A stretch of 44,135 bases of DNA, taken from positions 1 to 44,135 of IMG/VR virus record IMGVR_UViG_3300034069_000450, one strand, 5' to 3'. Below, piece by piece: positions 1 to 8,110 of the stretch. Each line of letters opens with the position of its first letter. Position 1 is the first letter of the stretch. The notes beneath the pieces are model-generated. The model was not told the DNA's origin. It saw only the letters and a program-made list of their open reading frames with translations, and searched no databases. Origin of the DNA: a virus. Made by a program: the position numbers and the translations under genes.

Positions 1-141
1 GCGAAGGGGTCATCGTTGGCTCCCATCATGAAACCGGCCTCCGCCGCAGCCTTCAAAGCGTCGGCTTGTGCCTTGGCGCCTTGGGCTTGATTGCGGCCCG
101 TCTCGCTTTGTGTTTTCTCAAGTTCGGCCTGCGCACCGGCC
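1..141. repeat. Terminal overlap copy A (identical to 43995..44135)
   Basis: Base-by-base identity from gcgaaggggtcatcgttggc to gcgcaccggcc at both window ends. Confidence 0.97.
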
Positions 142-2012
142 ACCGCCATCGGATCAGGCTGTTGCGGCTGCGGAGGCGGTGCGAACAGCTTCTCGGCATC
201 CTCCACGTCCGCAGCCTCGAACACGCGCCGCAGCGCCTCATTTTGGTCGATCAGCGGGTTGTTGGCAGCGATGCCCCATACGAACTGCGCGCGGGCCAGC
301 TTCTGCATGCGCGTGACGCTGGTCGGATCGGACACCGGCCGAATGTCCATGTCGTCGGCTTGGAAGTCCGCGGCGAAGTCAGCCGCAGGATCGTCTAGCA
401 CGGCAAGGTAATCGGCTGCTGCACGGTCACTGCCGTACTTGCCGATGTTCTCAAATAGCAGCGCATATTCCTCGCGCAATGCCCGATAGATGCGCTTGTA
501 GATGGCGGTGAACACCTGGAGGCCCTGCTCGATCAGGGCCAGCGTCGTGCCCACTTGGCCATTGTTCGACGCGTCGCCGGTGATGACATCCTTGACCGAC
601 GAAATGTCGCGAGCCGCCGCCAGCATCATGTCGAGGATCGACACCATCGTCTGCGAGGGGCCGGGGAAGGTGCGCTCGTAGATACCGTTGCGCAGCTGAT
701 CGCCGGTGACCCCATTGACCGTCTTGTATTCGCCAGGGCCAAACCGCAGATTGCTGCTACGACCCTGACCCTGAAGGCGAATGCCCGAGGCGATAAACCC
801 GCCGCCCGCGACCTGCGCATGGCCTGCGTCGATCAGCTGATTGATCGCGGTGTTCACCACGTCGCCGATCTGCTCAAGCAGATGGCCCAGGCCGATGTCG
901 TAGAACTTGCCCTGCGGATGCGGGAAGAAGCTGTATTTGACGTAGAACCGGCCACGGGCGATTGAAAGCACCTTGCCGTTGTCATTCATGGCAACATCGC
1001 GTGGGCTGAAGTTCGCCTCGACGCGCAGCACCTTGCCAGATGCATGGTCGACCGTGACAATGTAGGGCTCGGGCAGGCCATCGTCGTCTACGTCGATCAG
1101 CCGGTGCTGCTCAAGCAGGAGGCGGGGGGCTTGCTCGTCCTCACCTTCCTTGGTCAGCAGTTCGGTGCGGTAGAAGCCTGACCGCATCCGCTCCGTGATC
1201 TGATACGGGAAGGTGTCGGGCAGCTCCTCCGTCAGCCGCGGTGTGGTGTCGCACGACTTGGCCCCGCTTGGCACAACGACGCGCAACGCCGACACAAGAG
1301 CAGATCGCTGCTCGTCGCGATCGGCATCGTACCAGACCTTGCGGAACGAGCAACCGTCGATGGGTAGCTGGAGCAGGAGCGCGTCGGTATCCTCCTCCCA
1401 ACCCTTCATCCGGTAAAACAGGACGGTGTTGAGATAGTCGCGAACACGGGCGGCGCGCGCGGCCTTCGCGCCAGGCACGATCGCCCACTGGATTTGCGGC
1501 TGGCCATCGGGACCGACGACAGGCTGGCCGTCCGGACCGATCACCGGCATCGGCATTACGCCCTGCGGCGTCTGCATCATCTGCGGCCGACCACGATCCG
1601 AGCCGACGACCTTGACGCTGATCGCCTCGTCGCCCTTGACGATGGCGGGGTAAGCGCGCGCGTTGAACTGCGTCGCGGCCACCGTCAGCAGCGGGTAGTG
1701 AACGTTCGACGCGCCCTTCCACGGATAGTCCTTGGTGCCTCTCGCCTCTTGGGCCGCGGACTTTTGCGCCTTCAGGACGATCTGCTTCCATTCGTCGCGA
1801 TCCGCGTCATCTCGCTCGTAGTCGGTCTTCACGTCCGATCCGAGCTTGGTCAGCCCTTCTTCACTCCACGCATCGCTGATATCGCCGACGCTGTTCGCCA
1901 GCATCAGCAGTTTGGCAATCTGGTCCGGCTCGTCCACCAACGTAGCGTCGACCGTATCGGCGTCGTAGCCGTCCGGGTCGATCAGCAACACATCGGCGGG
2001 CAGGGTGGCCAC
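1..2012 (-). CDS. Portal protein, N-terminal ~670 codons (the ORF leaves the window at position 1 and continues 43994->43919)
   Basis: This is the only minus frame with no stop between 2012 and the window edge, so it is absent from the ORF track. My translation includes KDYPWKGASNVHYPLLTVAATQFNARAYPAIV and DDDGLPEPYIVTVDH. Joined across the junction it is ~695 aa, directly downstream of terminase. GTG at 2012 is the first start after an in-frame TGA. Confidence 0.75.
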   Translation of the reverse strand, partial: MATLPADVLLIDPDGYDADTVDATLVDEPDQIAKLLMLANSVGDISDAWSEEGLTKLGSDVKTDYERDDADRDEWKQIVLKAQKSAAQEARGTKDYPWKGASNVHYPLLTVAATQFNARAYPAIVKGDEAISVKVVGSDRGRPQMMQTPQGVMPMPVIGPDGQPVVGPDGQPQIQWAIVPGAKAARAARVRDYLNTVLFYRMKGWEEDTDALLLQLPIDGCSFRKVWYDADRDEQRSALVSALRVVVPSGAKSCDTTPRLTEELPDTFPYQITERMRSGFYRTELLTKEGEDEQAPRLLLEQHRLIDVDDDGLPEPYIVTVDHASGKVLRVEANFSPRDVAMNDNGKVLSIARGRFYVKYSFFPHPQGKFYDIGLGHLLEQIGDVVNTAINQLIDAGHAQVAGGGFIASGIRLQGQGRSSNLRFGPGEYKTVNGVTGDQLRNGIYERTFPGPSQTMVSILDMMLAAARDISSVKDVITGDASNNGQVGTTLALIEQGLQVFTAIYKRIYRALREEYALLFENIGKYGSDRAAADYLAVLDDPAADFAADFQADDMDIRPVSDPTSVTRMQKLARAQFVWGIAANNPLIDQNEALRRVFEAADVEDAEKLFAPPPQPQQPDPMAVAGAQAELEKTQSETGRNQAQGAKAQADALKAAAEAGFMMGANDDPF

Positions 2013-2013
2013 G

Positions 2014-2136
2014 TTACTTGGCGAACGCCGCGGCGATCAGCGTGGGGTCTGCGGAAGCAAGCGCCTCCACGATAGCGGCCACCTTATCCTCAAGCGCCTC
2101 GATGCGCTCACCTTGCGTCGGCTGCTTGTCGGACAT
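2014..2136 (-). CDS. Small hypothetical protein (40 aa, MSDKQPTQGERIEALEDKVAAIVEALASADPTLIAAAFAK)
   Basis: ATG preceded by AAGGAG 8 nt upstream. It fills the terL-portal gap and is below the 60-aa cutoff of the track. Confidence 0.5.
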   Translation of the reverse strand: MSDKQPTQGERIEALEDKVAAIVEALASADPTLIAAAFAK

Positions 2137-2187
2137 GCCCGTTCTCCTTCGTGACGGGCACCGTCATTAACGGCAGGCAGGAAGGGG

Positions 2188-2198
2188 AATACTAGGCG
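2188..2198 (-). promoter_or_regulatory. CGCCTAGTATT motif copy 1 (candidate late promoter -10 region or RNA signal)
   Basis: Exact 11-mer shared with 29419-29429, 34456-34466 and 42292-42302. It lies in the terL/small-ORF gap, 51 nt before ATG 2136. Confidence 0.5.
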
Positions 2199-2201
2199 TG
2201 T

Positions 2202-2933
2202 TCAGTAGCCGGTGTTACCGTTGCGCTCGCTAGGACGCGCCTCTTCCTCGTAACGCTCGAACGGCTCGACAATGGCACAGGCCATCCCCGACATAATGAG
2301 GTAGCGCTCAGCATCCATGAGGTGATCACGCTCTTTGACGATCTTCCCTTTTTCGTCGCGTCGATACAGCCGCCGTTCGGATTTGAGATTGGTTAAGTTG
2401 GCAAACGCCTTCAACCGCGCTGATTGCAGCCGACGATAGACGGCGAAAATGCCAGCCTCGACCTCGTTGTTCGCGAACGACAGGTCTAACCCCATGGTTC
2501 GATACTCATCGATTAGCGCGCGGCCATCAAGCTGTGAGCGCCCACGCGATGCCGGATCGATAACCCCCGGTATCCACCGCCCCCGGGCGCGTAGTCCGTC
2601 CGCATGAACCTGCGGCGGGGCCTCACCGACGTAATACTCGTCGTAGAGGTATACCGTGTCGCTTTCGCGGTCCCAAGCGCCCCAGAGGGCGGCAGTGCGG
2701 TTCCAACCAACGTCGAGGGCAAATGCTCTTGGCCAGTGCCTTGGGATCGGAAAGGGCTCACAGACCCACGTATCCTCGCTCACAGGGTAAATGACGCCCG
2801 ATCCCAGCGCCGGCACACCCTTGGAGCGGGCATCGCGCTGGTGTGGAGGGATCGTCGCCAGCAGCTCAGCCTTGTCATTGTCAGACAGGTGCGGAACGTC
2901 GTCCCAATCGATCTGAATCGACCACTTGCTCAT
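2202..2933 (-). CDS. terL: Terminase large subunit, C-terminal nuclease half (separate ORF)
   Basis: WDDVPHL, RSKGVPALGSGVIYP, FALDVGWNRTAALWGAWD and DHLMDAERY are typical of the RNaseH-like nuclease domain of TerL. Its ATG overlaps the stop of the ATPase ORF (ATGA at 2933-2930). Confidence 0.88.
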   Translation of the reverse strand: MSKWSIQIDWDDVPHLSDNDKAELLATIPPHQRDARSKGVPALGSGVIYPVSEDTWVCEPFPIPRHWPRAFALDVGWNRTAALWGAWDRESDTVYLYDEYYVGEAPPQVHADGLRARGRWIPGVIDPASRGRSQLDGRALIDEYRTMGLDLSFANNEVEAGIFAVYRRLQSARLKAFANLTNLKSERRLYRRDEKGKIVKERDHLMDAERYLIMSGMACAIVEPFERYEEEARPSERNGNTGY

Positions 2934-3622
2934 GCGGCCGGTGCCAGATCGGGCAAGAACGATAGGGCTACATCGGTCAACCCAGAGAGCGGCGTGAACG
3001 TCGCGATCAGCATACCGCGCGTCGTCATCGTGCGGATTACTGCCTCGACGTAGATGTCTTGTGGGGGTTCTTCGTCAAGCCAGATACCGTCGCGCTCGGT
3101 GCCCTGCCACTTCGCACGCCCTTGGTCGTAACTGCGGAACTGACACACGCTGTTGCCGCCGCTCACGTGTCGCACCGTGCCGATGTCGATCAGACCGGGG
3201 ACGCCCGTCGCCGTAGTGGTGCCGACAATAGTCTCGCGCGGAATCATGCCCGTGCCGCGATCCTCCACCGGCCCGAAAAGCTTGCGACACGGCACATCGC
3301 GCGTTGTGGTGCTGGTATCACCGCCGCAAAGCCAGTTGGTCGGACGATCAAATCGATAGCCAGGCCACCAATCCGGATAGAGCCCGGTCAGGTGCAACGT
3401 TACCTCGTAAGCGCCGATACCCTCGCTTTTACCGACGCGGTTAGCAGCGATGGCCGCGCGCTCGCGATGTTCAAGCCCAGCCGCGAAGAATTGCAGGTGC
3501 TTGGCGTAAAGCTCGCGCCGCAACGGGCCTTCGTCGGGATAGTAGGTGTGGAGACGGCGGCCGGCTACGCGGCGCTCCTTCTCCTCAAGCAGGGCGAGTA
3601 GCTCAAGCTTATCGGCGTGCAC
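2930..3622 (-). CDS. terL: Terminase large subunit, N-terminal ATPase half (separate ORF)
   Basis: Walker A is AANRVGKS and Walker B is GIWLDEEP. GTG start overlaps the terS stop by 1 nt. Confidence 0.88.
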   Translation of the reverse strand: MHADKLELLALLEEKERRVAGRRLHTYYPDEGPLRRELYAKHLQFFAAGLEHRERAAIAANRVGKSEGIGAYEVTLHLTGLYPDWWPGYRFDRPTNWLCGGDTSTTTRDVPCRKLFGPVEDRGTGMIPRETIVGTTTATGVPGLIDIGTVRHVSGGNSVCQFRSYDQGRAKWQGTERDGIWLDEEPPQDIYVEAVIRTMTTRGMLIATFTPLSGLTDVALSFLPDLAPAA

Positions 3623-4023
3623 TAGCCTAGAGCCTTCATCTTTGCAGCGATGCGAGCATCTAGGGCGGCGTCGTCCAGACTATGCAGAGGCTGATTGCCG
3701 CTCGTTACGTCGAGCTTGTCACCATAGCGGCGCGGTGCGAGTTTGCTGAGATACCAACGCTCAGCGTCAAAGGCCAATCTCCCCTTTTGGGGATCAGCGG
3801 CAGCCTTCGCATCGTCGACAGCTCGCTCGGCGCGACGATCGAATCCCGTCTCGCGTGCGCGCGCGATAGCGGCGGCAAACTCAGGGTCTTCATTCTGCCA
3901 ACGCTCGACCGTCCGTCGATCAGGCAAGCGCTGATCTTCACAGATCGTGCGCATGCTGTCGCCATTCTCCAGCTTCTCAATGATTTCGTCGCGGACCTCG
4001 GCACCGAATCGGCTGTCCATCAC
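3622..4023 (-). CDS. terS: Terminase small subunit
   Basis: N-terminal HTH-like segment (SMRTICEDQRLPDRRTVERWQ) and the motif ERWYLSKLAPRRYGDK. It sits immediately upstream of terL. Confidence 0.8.
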   Translation of the reverse strand: MMDSRFGAEVRDEIIEKLENGDSMRTICEDQRLPDRRTVERWQNEDPEFAAAIARARETGFDRRAERAVDDAKAAADPQKGRLAFDAERWYLSKLAPRRYGDKLDVTSGNQPLHSLDDAALDARIAAKMKALG

Positions 4024-4310
4024 AAATCCCGTCCCATCTTGATCCTTGGCACCTCAATCTCGTCCGGCCTCCCCATCCTGATCCGCTGCCCACACCTGGG
4101 ACCACGACCACCGCGGTACTCGTCATTCAGGTGGATCAACCCAGCCGCCTCAGCCTGCTTGACGTACCGACGCACGGTACCGTCGTCACTGATCCGTAGC
4201 GCCTCGCGGATCATAGAATAACTAGGCGGATGCCCGGCGGTGGCGATGGTCGCGCGGCAGTAGGCGACCAGCTGGTGCATCCGTGACTGACGAGCGACCG
4301 GCGCGTTCAC
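4020..4310 (-). CDS. Winged-helix DNA-binding protein (LexA-N-terminal-like); possible late regulator
   Basis: GHPPSYSMIREALRISDDGTVRRYVKQAEAAGLI resembles the LexA wHTH. GTG 4310 was chosen because of its GTGA overlap with the upstream stop; ATG 4280 is an alternative start. Confidence 0.5.
   Translation of the reverse strand: MNAPVARQSRMHQLVAYCRATIATAGHPPSYSMIREALRISDDGTVRRYVKQAEAAGLIHLNDEYRGGRGPRCGQRIRMGRPDEIEVPRIKMGRDL
4216..4227 (-). promoter_or_regulatory. Variant of the late motif (CGCCTAGTTATT, one inserted base)
   Basis: Same orientation as the four exact copies. It lies inside the wHTH gene, ~190 nt upstream of the terS start. Confidence 0.25.
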
Positions 4311-4645
4311 TCCCGCCCCTCCCAAGCCCGAATGGCGGAGAGGGCGGCAACATCCGCTGCGATGGCGTCGTATTCTGACTGCGTGGGCCATCCCAACGGC
4401 AGGTCGGGCAGGCCTAGCGTATGCGCCGCCAATTCTGCGGACTTGCTCCGACAGCGAACATCAGAACCGCCGCCAGCCCAGCCCCAGTCCTGCATCGCGA
4501 TGATCCGGAGCGCTAACATCGTTTTTCCCGCGCTCTCAGCCCCCTCCGCCTCGACGGTAGCCCGAGCATGGGCGACGAGCGTTTCGTGCCCTGGCGGTGC
4601 CTTATCGGGCGATTGCGCCCTAATGATAGCTATCTTACGCATCAC
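4307..4645 (-). CDS. Hypothetical protein (112 aa)
   Basis: ORF track. Its start overlaps the stop of the upstream ORF (GTGTGATG). Confidence 0.5.
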   Translation of the reverse strand: MMRKIAIIRAQSPDKAPPGHETLVAHARATVEAEGAESAGKTMLALRIIAMQDWGWAGGGSDVRCRSKSAELAAHTLGLPDLPLGWPTQSEYDAIAADVAALSAIRAWEGRE

Positions 4646-5205
4646 ACTTCCCCGGCCATCTGCTTGCCACGGCGAAGGGCGGCGAGGGCTGCTTTGAATG
4701 AGATGGAATCATCCCACTTCCCTACGAGGGCAGCCTCCCTGTTTGGCCCCGACAGTATCTCGGAGACGATCCGCCGCGCCTCCACCAAATCCTCATCCAC
4801 CTCCGCCGGAAAGCCGGGATCGGCGACGATGGCGCGGGCTTCGGCGTGGCTTTCCCAGCCAAGTTCTCCGAACCGATAATCCACTGCAGCCATTTCCCTC
4901 ACCAAATCCACCATCCGCTGCTGAAGCTCCGGCGATATGACGTGCGCCTCGTTCCCCTCGCACTCCACGGCACCACAGATGCCGCAGGGGTCGCGATGCT
5001 TGTTGGCGGGGGTGTTGCGGATGTGGAAACTCCATGCCGCTACCGGCTCACCATGTGGGGTGAATGCCCCTTCATGCCGTAGCCCATCTACGTGCCATAC
5101 GACGCAGCTGTTGCCGTCGAGGCGGTGCATCGAGACCGCAGCCGCGAACACCCGGCCGTCGTCGTGAACGGCTTGAAGCTCGCCCTTCCAGTCCACCGTC
5201 GTCAT
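4642..5205 (-). CDS. Hypothetical protein (187 aa, Cys cluster CGICGAVEC)
   Basis: ORF track. ATGA overlap with the upstream gene at 5202-5205. Confidence 0.55.
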   Translation of the reverse strand: MTTVDWKGELQAVHDDGRVFAAAVSMHRLDGNSCVVWHVDGLRHEGAFTPHGEPVAAWSFHIRNTPANKHRDPCGICGAVECEGNEAHVISPELQQRMVDLVREMAAVDYRFGELGWESHAEARAIVADPGFPAEVDEDLVEARRIVSEILSGPNREAALVGKWDDSISFKAALAALRRGKQMAGEV

Positions 5206-5567
5206 GCTGCGTCCTCCTGAGTGTCATCGAGCCAGCGAGCGAGCATGTTCACCTCGCGCTGATTGAACCCGCCGACACCCTCGCCGTCCGCATCCTTGCC
5301 GCCAGCGATCCACGCACAGGTCGCAGGGATCAGCTCGTCAGCAATCGCAGGGTGCTTGGCGATCACGTGGGCGAGGAACAGGTTCTTCGGCATGCGATGG
5401 CGCCACGAGCCGATCGCCGTCATCCAACGCACCCACCATTGCGGGCGCATCAAGCCATGCCCGAGAATGTTGGCGGCGATGAACTGGTAATCCTGGCGCC
5501 GAACCATGGCGAGACGGCGAGCAAGCGCCCGGACATCGTCCATCGATTTCGCGTCGTACGTCATCAT
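5202..5567 (-). CDS. Hypothetical protein (121 aa)
   Basis: Internal ATG ATG at 5567 is preceded by GGGGAAGTGAG. The longer track ORF (to 5825) would run through the non-coding repeat array and gives a poly-Pro/Gly translation. Confidence 0.5.
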   Translation of the reverse strand: MMTYDAKSMDDVRALARRLAMVRRQDYQFIAANILGHGLMRPQWWVRWMTAIGSWRHRMPKNLFLAHVIAKHPAIADELIPATCAWIAGGKDADGEGVGGFNQREVNMLARWLDDTQEDAA

Positions 5568-5572
5568 GCCAC

Positions 5573-5719
5573 TCACTTCCCCGCCCTCCACCAATCGAGA
5601 TTGAACCGGACCGTCTCGACCGGGAGCCCGTGGTGCGCTGCGACCTTCACCGGATCGGCCTTCGCGAGCGTAGCCTGGTCCGTAGCCAGTCCGCGGATCA
5701 TCCATTCGGTGAGGGTCAT
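5573..5719 (-). CDS. Small protein (48 aa, MTLTEWMIRGLATDQATLAKADPVKVAAHHGLPVETVRFNLDWWRAGK), HTH-like
   Basis: Not in the track (<60 aa). By my count nearly all codons end in G/C, as in real genes here. Its ATG directly abuts the last half-site of the repeat array. Confidence 0.5.
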   Translation of the reverse strand: MTLTEWMIRGLATDQATLAKADPVKVAAHHGLPVETVRFNLDWWRAGK

Positions 5720-5876
5720 TTGCCGCACCCCACCTTACCGGGCTGAAACCACCCTTGCCGCACTGCCGCACCCCCCACCCCCCTACGGGGGGAGGGGGTG
5801 GTGCGGCACGTTTGCAGCGGTCCAAGTCGCCGCACCTGCCGCACCCTGCCGCACCCGTCGTTTTCGAGGTGCGGCA
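5720..5876. promoter_or_regulatory. Array of 8 TGCCGCAC half-sites (candidate operator cluster, late-operon control region or iteron origin)
   Basis: TGCCGCAC lies at 5721, 5756, 5764, 5837 and 5847. CGCCGCAC is at 5828. The inverted form GTGCGGCA is at 5801 and 5869. Three copies are spaced 9-10 bp apart. The heptamer is the same as in the switch operators. Confidence 0.65.
5765..5807. repeat. Long imperfect GC hairpin (GCCGCACCCCCCACCCCCC-TAC-GGGGGGAGGGGGTGGTGCGGC)
   Basis: Inverted repeat read directly. The outer arms are two opposed TGCCGCAC half-sites and the inner part is a C-run/G-run pairing. Confidence 0.7.
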
Positions 5877-7991
5877 TCACTGTGTGACCCACTTTCCGAC
5901 GACCACAAACTCGCGCTCGTCGCGATTGCGATCGGGCTTCTTGACGACTTCCAGAGCGCCTTCAGCGATCCATCGTTCAACGATAGTTTTGATCCGGGCC
6001 TTCGCGCGTTTCACCTCATCGGTCTTCGCCGAGAGGTCGATGCGAAGGTCTAGAATGTCGACCAGTTGCTGCCCTACCCAAGCCTTTGCCTGGGAGTCGC
6101 GCCGCCAGTCACCATTCCCTAAAGAGTGCTGAAAGCGCATGAGATGCGCGGTCGTGACGCCCGAAAACGCATCCGGAGGTGTCCAGGAACAGGCGACACC
6201 GACGCTATCGCCGTTCGCCAAATCCTGATTGTTCATGCGATACCAATCGCCGCGCTCGGGCGGCGCGAGATTCGCCTTGTCGTTGTCGACGCGAAAGTAG
6301 AAGAACCGCTCATCGGCGGGCACGTTGAGCTTTGCCGCTTCTTCGTCCGTCATCCGGTTGTAGACCAGCACGGACCGAGCCTTGCCGATGAGAGCGGAGG
6401 CGCCGCGGGCGCTGTCTGCGGTGGCCTCCGCCCCGTTCTGCTTGCGGACGTGGTGGACGAGGTTGATCGCCGCGCCGGTGCGCTCAGCAATGACGTTCCA
6501 CTCGCGGGCCACTAAGTCGATCGCGTTGTTGTCGTTCTCCGATACCGCGTGCGAGCTGATGAAAGGATCGACCACCAGCACGTCGATTTTGCGCTCAATC
6601 ATCTCTTCGATGAGCGCATCCACGATGGGCCGCGCGATCATGGCGCCGTCCGGTCCTTCGGTCGCAATAATGAGGGGCTGATCGCGTCCGCTATCCACGT
6701 AAAGCCGGTCGCCAAGTTCTTTCGGGCTGATCTTGAAGCGTTGCGCCGTCGCGTGGAGGCGCCGCTCGATTTCCTCGACCGGGTCTTCTAGGTTCCACAG
6801 CCAGACGCTCAGCGCGCCTTCCGGCAGCCCTTTATCGTAGAGGTCGCGACCGGTTGCCATAGCCATCGCTTCGCCGATCTTCAGCGACGACTTGCCGACA
6901 CCGCCGGCCGCTACATCGACCGACACGAATTTGCGCAGCAGGTGCTTGCCGTAGAGCCATTGACGCTTTGGTATCGCGCTGGTCGGACGCCACGCGAAAG
7001 GAGTTGCCCGCACCAGCTTATCGACTGGCGCGGCAGGTGCGGCAAACAACGCCGCGACATCGGCCATCCCGTACTCCCTGGCCATGTCGTTGAAGTCGTC
7101 GCCGCCATCGGTCACGAGCCCGGCCATGTCCGGCATGATGACCCGCCCGCCCAGCGTGCGCGCCATCGCTTCGGCTGCTTCCTTGCCGACGTTCCGCTGC
7201 ACCTTGGGATGCGCGACGAGATGCCAGTCGTCGTCTCCCGCCACGATCATCTCGCGCCCGGCCCAACGGTGTGAGGCCCAGCGCGCGACGTGAATCATGT
7301 TGCCGGTGTTGACCGCCATCGCGACCGGGTGACCGGTGGCCTGGTGCAGCGTGGCGGCGGTGCTGTACCCTTCCGCGAAGATGACCGGAGAGGTGCCATC
7401 GTCCTGACCGACAAGGAAGTATCCGCCCTCGTGGGTGGTGCCGGGATAGAAGCGGCGCTCGCCATCCTCCCGGATCGCCTGAAGCGACATCGGCTTGTCG
7501 TTGTGATCGCTGATCGGCACGATGACGCAGGGCGCGTCGCCGAGGCCGAAGCGCTTGCCGGATCCCTGCCGCGTGCCGTGGGCCAGCACGCCCTTGCGCT
7601 GAAGGTAGGGGTGGAGCTCGGAGAGCGGCTTGCACTCGCGCCAGAATGCCAGCGCCTCGGCCGCCGCTTCTTGAAAGCCCCGCAGCCGATCAATGTCGCG
7701 CGCCTCACGGCGCCGTGCGATCTCGGCCCGGTCGATCGTCTCGCTGCTGTTCTGACCGAACCAACGGTGACGAACCTTCTCGTCCCGCCAGTCCATGACC
7801 CAGCCAACCGGACGCTCGTCCGCGTGCAGCAGGTAGCGGCCGGGCCGGCTGCCCTTGTGCCGGGTGTCCTCCATGCGGAAGCTGTGCCAGTGACCATCGG
7901 CGATGATGCTGTCGGGCGCGGACCCGCACACGCCTTTGATGAAGGCGCGGAAGTCCTCTTCGATGTCGCGGATCGGAGCGGTCGCCATCAC
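5877..7991 (-). CDS. Bifunctional DNA primase (Toprim) / RecA-type replicative helicase
   Basis: Toprim motif: VIFAEGYSTAATL...MIVAGDDDW. Walker A: DVAAGGVGKSSL. Walker B: DVLVVDPF. 704 aa. Confidence 0.8.
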   Translation of the reverse strand: MMATAPIRDIEEDFRAFIKGVCGSAPDSIIADGHWHSFRMEDTRHKGSRPGRYLLHADERPVGWVMDWRDEKVRHRWFGQNSSETIDRAEIARRREARDIDRLRGFQEAAAEALAFWRECKPLSELHPYLQRKGVLAHGTRQGSGKRFGLGDAPCVIVPISDHNDKPMSLQAIREDGERRFYPGTTHEGGYFLVGQDDGTSPVIFAEGYSTAATLHQATGHPVAMAVNTGNMIHVARWASHRWAGREMIVAGDDDWHLVAHPKVQRNVGKEAAEAMARTLGGRVIMPDMAGLVTDGGDDFNDMAREYGMADVAALFAAPAAPVDKLVRATPFAWRPTSAIPKRQWLYGKHLLRKFVSVDVAAGGVGKSSLKIGEAMAMATGRDLYDKGLPEGALSVWLWNLEDPVEEIERRLHATAQRFKISPKELGDRLYVDSGRDQPLIIATEGPDGAMIARPIVDALIEEMIERKIDVLVVDPFISSHAVSENDNNAIDLVAREWNVIAERTGAAINLVHHVRKQNGAEATADSARGASALIGKARSVLVYNRMTDEEAAKLNVPADERFFYFRVDNDKANLAPPERGDWYRMNNQDLANGDSVGVACSWTPPDAFSGVTTAHLMRFQHSLGNGDWRRDSQAKAWVGQQLVDILDLRIDLSAKTDEVKRAKARIKTIVERWIAEGALEVVKKPDRNRDEREFVVVGKWVTQ

Positions 7992-8110
7992 GCGTGCACC
8001 AGCCCGAGGCGGTGTATGAAATACTCCACCTGGTCGCCCCAGAGCGTGCCGCGCTTATAGGCCGCGAAGATCGCTCGCTTAAGGCGGCTGTGGTACGGGT
8101 AGAGCCTCAC
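7988..8110 (-). CDS. Small hypothetical protein (40 aa)
   Basis: GTG start in a GTGA overlap with the VRR-NUC stop; its stop overlaps the primase ATG. The C-terminal part of track ORF 7988..8389 reads as plausible protein (LYPYHSRLKRAIFAAYKRGTLWGDQVEYFIHRLGLVHA). Confidence 0.4.
   Translation of the reverse strand: MRLYPYHSRLKRAIFAAYKRGTLWGDQVEYFIHRLGLVHA

Noticed and set aside
1-141. The 141-bp end repeat read as a biological direct terminal repeat (T7-like genome ends).
   Set aside because: It lies inside the portal coding sequence, and the portal ORF is only complete when the ends are joined. An assembly overlap of a circular or permuted genome is the simpler explanation.
1141-1791. Long alternative-frame ORFs with Arg/Pro/Gly/Ala-rich translations. 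Examples: 1141..1791, 1494..2075, 7018..7635, 7290..8060, 15671..16531, 33119..33853, 39376..40401, 40383..41468.
   Set aside because: These are typical shadow ORFs of GC-rich DNA. They overlap genes with clear motifs in another frame or strand and have low-complexity, R/P-rich sequences with no motifs.
2188-2198. CGCCTAGTATT as a promoter for a phage single-subunit (T7-like) RNA polymerase.
   Set aside because: No RNA polymerase gene is present anywhere in the 44-kb genome. The motif is also much shorter than such promoters.
5568-5825. N-terminal extension of track ORF 5202..5825 (MDRCKRAAPPPPPVGGWG...).
   Set aside because: It runs through the hairpin and half-site array and overlaps the better-supported 48-aa ORF in another frame. 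The internal ATG 5567 with an SD gives a sensible protein.
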